Below are positions 52,888 through 64,000 of a DNA stretch of 64,000 nt, in pieces (position 1 is the stretch's first letter; the number at the start of each line of letters is the position of its first letter). This DNA is from Yuukianura sp. NJ FZ-2021. Lineage: Eukaryota. The notes beneath the pieces were generated by a model. The model saw nothing but the letters and a program-made list of their open reading frames with translations, had not been told where the DNA came from and did no database searches. Where the stretch lies: the NCBI GenBank assembly GCA_046563655.1, contig CM102284.1, positions 8,556,001 through 8,620,000 on the forward strand, written 5' to 3'. Position numbers and translations under genes: made by a program.

Positions 52888-53171
52888 CCACCAACACAAC
52901 CAAAATTAACAACTAAACTTCAACAAAATTAAGCTAGCCAAAATTATGAAGGAGGAAGGGAAGTGGAAGTGGACGACCTCTGCTCCAAGGCCAATTCACA
53001 CTTGCACAAATACAGTAATTGTAATTTTACAAAACACAACACTTACTACAGTTCAAGTCACAACAACACACTTCAACGCCACTCACACTAATAACAAACT
53101 CCAAGTAAGCATTTATACATAGCAAGATTAAATTATATTTTAGAGTGAGTTCAAAACAATTCAAAATAGCG

Positions 53172-53406
53172 CAAGGTTTTTAAATAAGAGTCTCACTTTC
53201 ACCGGAAGTTCATTTTACATTTTTCCTTAATGCACCAGTGTTAATTAAAATTAAGGAAATTTAATAACCACCTAAATAATCGCAATCTACAACAATAACT
53301 AAGCTTCGACAATAACGTTACATTTAAAATTGAACTGAACCACTCATTTGTAAGTCAAGTTTTACAAATCAACTTCCGGTGAAAGTGACTCTCTTTAAAA
53401 ACCTCG
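53172..53406. mobile_element. MITE-like element
   Basis: About 36-bp inverted termini: AGGTTTTTAAA..AGAGTC(TC)ACTTTCACCGGAAGTT / AACTTCCGGTGAAAGTGACTCTCTTTAAAAACCT around an AT-rich interior. Confidence 0.7.
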
Positions 53407-53957
53407 TTGTAAGTTTAATTTAAAAAACAGAATGTTTTGAGTAGGAGGAGCAAACATGACCTGTGGCAACGTTTTGCGTGACCTTTTGCCCAGAGTGCAG
53501 CGACCTTTGCGTGGACGCAATCCACACACTCCCCCTGACCTCACAGTGTCAAAAAGTTCTACTCTCGTCTACACTTACGATGACCCCGACAGAGAAGCCT
53601 TCTTCCTCCCTCTAACCATTCTACTCTCTCTCCATCTTCTCTTCCTAGCACACGTCTACTGCTATGGAAATACACATATATTTAATTACATTTAATTATT
53701 TAATTACATTTAATAAAATAACGAATTAAAGTAATATAATGAATTGAGAGAGTATTGTTTATTGGAGTCTTTTGAAAGAGGAGACTAGAGGATTGTAGGG
53801 TCCCTGGAAGGCCGTTCAACAAGTGATCGAGTATCTAAAGTTGTAGTAGGAAGAGAGAAAGTTAACTTATCCTTAATTATAGTTAGTTTGAGTTAGAGTG
53901 AGCAAAAAAACTTCGTTTGGAGTTGGATTGTTGCGCATTGAAGTAGTTTGGTTGACC

Positions 53958-54744
53958 TTAGAAGGGGAGGTCATCGGGTGGGCCGAGGAGGAGTCTGGCC
54001 AGGTTCCTCACATGGATCTTGACGATGAGGAGGCCGAGGAGTCTGAAGAGGACGCACCCTGCAAAGTAGCACACTGCCAGCACTGTCCACTGGACGAACG
54101 GAAGGACGAACAGAATTACTGCCACCACCAACGAGATGCTGGACATGCGCATCCACATGCTGCAAGCACCCTCCTCCTGCTCACACGGCACCTTCTAAAC
54201 ACAAACACAAATAAGTGACCTCTGACCTCAGTTGGAAGTTGACAAGTGACTTACGCCGTTGCAGGCCTTGAACATAATGCAGGCGACAGCCACTGGAGCA
54301 AAGTGAAAAGTTAGAGTTATAATTGGTGACCTTTGACCTGTGACCTTACCTTGGAGGATGGTGGAGAGGATGTAGAGGAAGGAGAGGAGGGGTGAGATCA
54401 TGGCGATCCCATGCGGTCCCACCTTGTGTGTCCGATATGTCTTCTGCAGAATGGTGCCCAGTTGCATGCCCTCCCCCATTGACCCCAGTCCCAGCACCTC
54501 CACTTTGTGAGCCAACAACTCCAGGATGGAGTACAGGAACTCCAACACTCGCCAAATCTAACACACAAGTGCTCATCTTTAACTTCATCTTAAAAGTGTG
54601 TCAAGAGAGAAAGTCCACTTACGAGATCCAGGAGGGCAATGACCTTGCATTTGCTAAAAAGAAAGTAAGATTAAGTTAAAGTTGATTAAAGTAAAGTTGA
54701 AGTAGTTACCATCGGTGTTTGTTGGTGAATGACCTCTCCATCAT
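53958..54744 (-). CDS. Four-TM membrane protein of unknown function
   Basis: Five exons splice in frame from MMERSFTNKHRC to ...LLGPPDDLPF; four hydrophobic segments. Confidence 0.7.
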
Positions 54745-54882
54745 CCCTTGACCTGAGCAGTAGTTGGTTGCCCTGCTGGATCTCCCAGATCGATCTGCTC
54801 TCCTCCCTTTCTCTCACAAATCTCGCACTTTCACTACAAACACTTTCACTCACTTTCACTTTTCAACAAAATAGACACACAC

Positions 54883-54896
54883 GCGCCATCTAGTGG
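54883..54896. promoter_or_regulatory. CTCF-like motif between divergent genes
   Basis: GCGCCATCTAGTGG matches the CTCF consensus. Confidence 0.5.
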
Positions 54897-55216
54897 ATTC
54901 AGCCAAAAACCAAGGTATACTCTTCACAGGGCCACTCTCAACCACACTTCTTTTTCATACAACTTCATCCGGCCTCCGGCGTGCACTTATAGTCATCTGT
55001 CTTCTCTAATTCTAATTAACTTCAGTTAATTAACCGATTAATCAACAATTAAAGGTAAGCAATACATCACGCACTATGTGTCAGTCATCAACTGCAGAGA
55101 AAACATAACGTTTTCTATACGTTTTCTTCATTTCAAGTCCAATTTAATAGGGAGTGAAATGTACTAATTGAAATTGTGAAATTATGAAAGTAATTGAAGT
55201 TAATGGTTTGGTTTAG

Positions 55217-55822
55217 ATGGCCCTGAGACACGATGTCCACTGGAAGTACCCTTCCTCTGTCAAGGACGTGGATCCTCACAAGTTCGTCAAAGCATTCGCT
55301 GCTTTCTTGAAAAAGTAAGTGACCTCAACTTATTCAGTAACTGAGCCACCAACGAAACCATTTCTGTCTTTGATAGATCTGGGAAGGCCAAAGTTCCTGA
55401 ATGGGTTGACCTCGTGAAGACATCGCAAGCCAAGGAGTTGGCCCCTTATGATGAGGACTGGTTCTACATTCGATGTGCTGCCATCGCCAGACATCTCTAC
55501 ATCCGATCTCCCATTGGAACCTCCACTGTCCGCAAGATCTTTGGAAGTATGTTCAAATACTCAAAATACTTCCAAAGTACGAATTCAAATTGATATGTCT
55601 TTGTCATTTCCAGCACGCAAACGGAACGGTTCAACTCCGAGTCACTTTTGCCGAAGTTCTGGAAATGTAGCTCGGAAGGCCCTTCAGGCTCTGGAGTCTG
55701 TCAAGTTGGTTGAGAGAGTGCCAGAGGGAAATGGACGACGTCTGACCTCTCAAGGGCGTCGTGACATGGACAGAATTGCAGCACAGCTCAAGCCCAAGAA
55801 GCTCCAAGCTGCTGCGTCTTAA
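55217..55822 (+). CDS. RpS19: 40S ribosomal protein S19 (eS19)
   Basis: [56 protein letters not shown]...[19 protein letters not shown]-like CTTCTTTTTC at ~54947. Confidence 0.97.
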
Positions 55823-56615
55823 TTTTTATTGACCATTTTTCAATAAAGTCTGTTCAGATTTATAATCGGTGTCTTTGTTCATTATTACTTGGAAGATGTC
55901 ATATGTAGAGTTTCCAGTTGAATTGTTAGAATTGCTTTTAATTGATTGAATGTGGGTCAAATTCCCCCTTGGGGAAGGTTCAGATCCATCCGAGAGTGGG
56001 AGGACACGAGGCAGCGTTCGGTGCGCATCAATTTCAAGGTTGTTGCCCTCCATCCGTCTCATTTTGGATCTCCAAATCACACGCCTTTCACCACGGCTGA
56101 AAAATAAAGCATTACCGCCACAGTGGATTGGTTAGCCCCCTTACTACGGCGCGTGGCACTTTTTTCAGCATAGTTGACCTTCATCTGACCTTTTTGCTAA
56201 TTGCAATACAGAATTCTGTGCTACTAAAACTATTGGTAAGCATATAACACTATTTAGTTAAATTTTAAAACAACAATTAATTGAATATTGATTTAACAAA
56301 CGGAAGAGTACGCTGAGGCGCCAAATTTGTGGTTTGAGCTCTCCCCCTCCCTCCCTCTTTTTATTGCAGAACCCCCGACACGAGTACAATTTTTTTTTCG
56401 GTTGCTATGACTACCTGCCTCTGTGTTTGGCGTAGAAACCAACACTGAAGCGGGTGTGGTTGGGAGAGACTTTGGTGGATCGGAGTTTAGTTAGGTGACG
56501 TCTGTCCTGTTCTCTGTCTCTTTCCTGAAAGCCATTTTGACTTGACAAGGTGTGGGTCCAAATTGTAATTTAGGAAATCAATTAATTGTACGTCAATCAA
56601 CTCACTAACCATACT

Positions 56616-59784
<3,169 letters not shown>

Positions 59785-61329
59785 ACGCGCCCCACCAACC
59801 CACTACATACAAGTATAAAGAGAGGATTCCACACCACAAGGAACACACCCACCAGGAATTAATTAATAGTAAGGAATCCAATTAATTAGAAACACAACTT
59901 TAAACTCTCTACTTTCTCCATGGAATTCAAATCCAAGTTGTGTTTACTGGGAAAAAGAAATGAAAGTTAGGGAAAGTAAGAGATGTAGCATTAACTTCCT
60001 TTTAGTTTGTAGATTTCCCCGTAATCTCCGTAGGTTAATGTTTTTGTGGTGGTTTAGAAAGAATTCTCTCGTTTTGTTCATACTAAAGTTAGATTTAGTT
60101 TTTGTTGTGTCTGTTAAAGTGGGTGTTTTTTAATTTTTGTTTTGGTTATGGTTATTTTTGCCTTCTCTGAAAGTGTTTTAGTATTTTGCCGTCCCAGTGA
60201 GTGCGAGTGTCTTCCTCTATGCTGTTGCTAAGCAACACTGAATCGCTGGAAGCGTAAGGGGGCAGGGGTAGCTTAAGGTGGGGGCAAGACGTCCTCCAAG
60301 TATTATCTTCCCAGCATCCAAGTATTCATTGCCAACTCAACCCCCTTTCTTGTACAACAATGTGAGAGACAGTCAGGCAAACTTCTCTTTTCTTTTTCAT
60401 TTTTTTAAAGGAAGTAGATTCAATTTTTGTTTAAAATTTAAATTATTAAGGTCAAATCAGATTCCGCCCAAAATTTGCCGGACCTCCTAAGGGCCCCTCC
60501 TCCGACACAAGACTTAAGTGCTCGCCCCACCATGGTGGGACAGACGAAACTACTCTAAGCGTTAACGTAACTTATTCTAGTTTTGGAAATGTTGGAGTGA
60601 GGAGTTTGCGAGGGGGGATTTAAATTAACTGGATTGTGTGATATTTGAGAGTACAAACAGAAGAGGTCAGAGGTCATGAGGAACCTCTACTTCTCACTTG
60701 TTTGTACGACACATTTTTTTGAAATCCGTGACCTCTGCGAGTTGCTGGACAAGTGACTTGGGGTTGCATGATTTGACTGATTTTCTCTCACTCACAAAGA
60801 AAGTAAGCATTAGATCCTAGTCTCTCGGCTGTTAAACGTCTGTGATCTTCCCAAAAGTTTATCGTTAAGGAAATTGAGATCTCGAGATGTTTTGAACAAT
60901 TAGAGGGACAAGATGAGTTTCTCCTCATTTAATTTCTCAAATGTGGCAATCGAATGGGAAAAGGGCTTGGGGGAGCCTTGGGATGGCAAAATCCCTCTTC
61001 AGAGAAACCACCCACCAACACTACCAACTTCGAGCTTCTCTCGAAGGCTGTAAACAGACAATTCACTAAACTTAATAAATCAATTCAATTATACTCAAAT
61101 TCATTATTTACTCTTTAATCGTTGGACGGCGGCTGCTGATGGAGATGAGAGTTTTCTCCTTTGCAGACTTTCGACTTCTTGCACTGCTTTCACCGCTGCT
61201 ACCAGATCGATTCAACAGACGCTGGAAAGGTGTTGGGATTAAAGCTAATTTTATCAAGGTAAATCAACAATAAACTAACAGTTTTACAATATTGAATTTT
61301 GAGAATATGTTTCTGAAAAAAAAAGTTAT

Positions 61330-62462
61330 TTTTTTTTCATCTTTCGTATAAAAAGAAAAGAGAGAGAAATTAATTTTTTGTGTAGTTAATTTAGACGCCA
61401 GTTGAAAATTATTTTAAAGTACACAAGGGTTTGCCGCTAACAATTTCAAGGTTGAATGATTCAATTTATTCCATGGCGTACAAGTAAAAATTAAAAAAAA
61501 GTATTTTTTTAAAAAAAAAAAGAAAAGTATTTTTATATTTTATAAGTTTTATATTTTTTTATAATTATAATTATTTTAACAATAGCATTAACTCCTCTCT
61601 TTTCCACAACTTAATTCCAACTCACCTGCTTGCTGCAAAACCCAAATTTAATTTTCCTTTTCACCCTAATCCATACAATTGTCAGTTTGAAATTAGTTTG
61701 ACACTGTGAAATTGAGGGAGTGTCAAGGTCGAATATCATACAATATGGATCATATTTAAGCATAATCATTGGCTCTGTGCAATAAAATATTCATTTTTGT
61801 TATGAAATCGTTCCTGCGATAGAAATCACTGAAAAATGGAATTTGCACACTTTTGCATAGGGCACTGTTGGATCAATCAACACTTAATTAACACTGGCTT
61901 AATTGATTTTGGGTTAGAAAGTTAAGCAAAATATGATTCTGCAACTGAAATGGAGGGTTACTGTAATAAAAATCACTGCAAAATGGAATTTTTAATGAAT
62001 TTTCTAAAATGAGAAAGCATGTGTCTGAATTCATAAAGTTGCATTGTCAAAATAAAATCTAGGAACTATGATGCATAAGGTTTATTTTTCAAAATTTCAC
62101 AAAATTTTGAATGTTAGTATTTGCATTTTTTTGCCAAATTATGTGTAAGGATTATTTGCAGAAGAGATGTTGGCGGAGTACTATGGATGGAGTTGAGTCG
62201 TGATTTGTACTAGCTGTGGAAATGATCGTGACCTCCAAGTTCCAGTTTTGAAAGAGTCTTTTGCATGGGGAGATAGGCGAGAGAGCAGAAAAGTAGATCG
62301 GAGATTATACGAAGCGAAGAGGCGACATAGGGCTATTTCTCTCCTTTGCTTTTTGTATGGGAAGGGAAGTGCGGGGGAAAGGATAGGGAAGGGAGTGTAG
62401 CCTTCCTGCTTCGCATAATCTCCTCTCAACTTTTCCTCTCTTCTGCCTATCCCCCAATGTTA
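61330..62462 (-). mobile_element. Repeat family B, copy 3 (inverted, near full length)
   Basis: Reverse-complement match to 33327-34400; ends CCCCCAATG-TTAA. Confidence 0.8.
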
Positions 62463-62548
62463 AGCCCAATTTATACTCGCGGTTTTGCCGGGAAATTTCC
62501 CTGGCAACGAATGGGGAACGCAATTTATACTTTTTTCCCTCAATCAGT

Positions 62549-63923
62549 CTGGTACCTTCGCATTCTGAAGCGACCAAATCGCTTCTGGGAGCGACCATGG
62601 GTCGCTCGAGGCTGCGACTAAAACGCTTCCAGGAGCGACCGCTTGCGAGAGCCATCTGTTGATTTTGCTACCAAAGCACGGAAAGTCGCTACTGGAAGCG
62701 ACCGGTCGCAAATTTCCTTGAAAAGCGCTGTTGCCTATATTTACTGTGCAGTTTTACATTCAAACCCCATTTTATACGTTTTATACTGATTAAAATCACA
62801 TTTTCCATTTTTGGTATATACAATTTTAAACGGATTTTTATCACAAGAATAATTTATGATAGAATAAATTTTAGTGGACATGTGCCATGCTCGACTAAGA
62901 TGTGTTCATCTTCTTCACGGAATGATGAATTCGAGCGTTAATTTAAATATACTCCACTTGGTTTCAGCCATGATTTAAACCATGGTGTAAACCAATTGGT
63001 TCAGAACATATGAACCCTGAGTGGACATAGGAGTCCTTTATATTAAAATTTTTAACTTGTGAGATTTAACTAATACTTTAACACAGGGGACGTAAAATAC
63101 CGTATTTTTCGGATGTATTATACCGCATTATACGTATAACTGTATAATACGTATTATACATTCTGAATGTATTTACCAGTGAGACACTATAAAAAATACG
63201 AGTATTATACCACGTATTATACGAATGATACAGACTACTTGCACTGCTTCAACATACAAAAGATAGTAAAGGGTAACATGTCTTGTTAATAATTAGTTGA
63301 TCTAAAATGTATTTTAGTTAAACTTACACTAATGTGTTTTAGGAATTTGTTCTGTATGAATTATTTCACTTATTTGAACATTGGATTAATTCAGGTTATA
63401 ATGAGAAATTAACGCATTACAACGTTGCCGATCTGTTCCCTGGTTTTAATTCTCTGGTCGCACCAGGCAGCGACCCGGCCTACTCTAGCTGCGACCTGCT
63501 CCACTTCCCTTCACTTTTTTGAGAATATCTCGGAAACTGCTTAAGCAATCGAAGTCTAAATTACTGATTAAAAAACTAGACAAAATTTCCTAAATCGTGG
63601 TACCCTGCTTATGCAAAATAAACGCCTCAAACAGCGAAAATTCGGGATTTGAAAACGGTTTTTTGAATAACTTTGTAACCGGTCCGAAGGGCAAGAAACC
63701 CCACGGTGAAAATTTAAAAAAAGTAATTTTCTTTCGAATAAATCAAAAAACTCAAACTTTCACCGGTGGGAAATACGTCCTAAACACGAAAAACTACAAA
63801 GTCGCTTCCACTTGCGACTTTTCCTATCCTGGCTGCGACTAGGTCGCTTTCAGCTGCGACTAGTCGCTTCGGGGAGCGACTTTTCGATTTGCGACTCGGT
63901 CGCGCCAGGCTGCGAAGGTGCCA
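62549..63923. mobile_element. Candidate ~1.4 kb non-autonomous DNA transposon
   Basis: Inverted ends TGGTACCTTCGCA / TGCGAAGGTGCCA; subterminal arrays of GCGAC/GTCGC motifs on both sides; AT-rich non-coding interior. Confidence 0.55.
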
Positions 63924-64000
63924 CAGTGTCAATGGCAAACCGTTTCCTGGGAGACGAGAGGGAAACGGATTTCTGGGGAAAACAATTTATGCTTTTCCGT

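Noticed and set aside
55950-56135. GC-richer hairpin between RpS19 and DDX3 (AGATCCA/TGGATCT)
   Set aside because: No match to snRNA, tRNA, 7SK or RNase P/MRP motifs I know; probably promoter sequence.

Overview
Eukaryotic, gene-dense, AT-rich animal DNA with short spliceosomal introns (mostly 50-100 nt). Gene content and style suggest an arthropod, probably a springtail-like hexapod (inference). I assembled about 21 intron-containing genes by hand. Recognisable ones: an F-box protein, a TTL-domain protein, ACSL3/4, eIF4A, profilin, RpL24, RRP1/Nop52, an Hr83/NR2E5-type nuclear receptor, USP7, PCCB, TMEM145, RpS19 and DDX3/belle. There are also several lineage-specific secreted or membrane genes and MITE-like repeats. 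Top finding: a three-exon selenoprotein gene on the minus strand (15930-16477) that the ORF track misses. It belongs to the Sep15/SelM family, has an in-frame TGA in a CxU motif, shows no signal peptide, and carries a SECIS whose apical bulge is CAC instead of AA. Other highlights: an H/ACA snoRNA and a candidate poison exon/microexon in eIF4A, three tandem small TM proteins with PPxY motifs, a pair of secreted proteins sharing an unrecognised 6-Cys domain, and an RRP1 tandem duplication whose deleted copy carries the RpL24 poly(A) signal. Exon boundaries were read by eye and may be off by a few bases.
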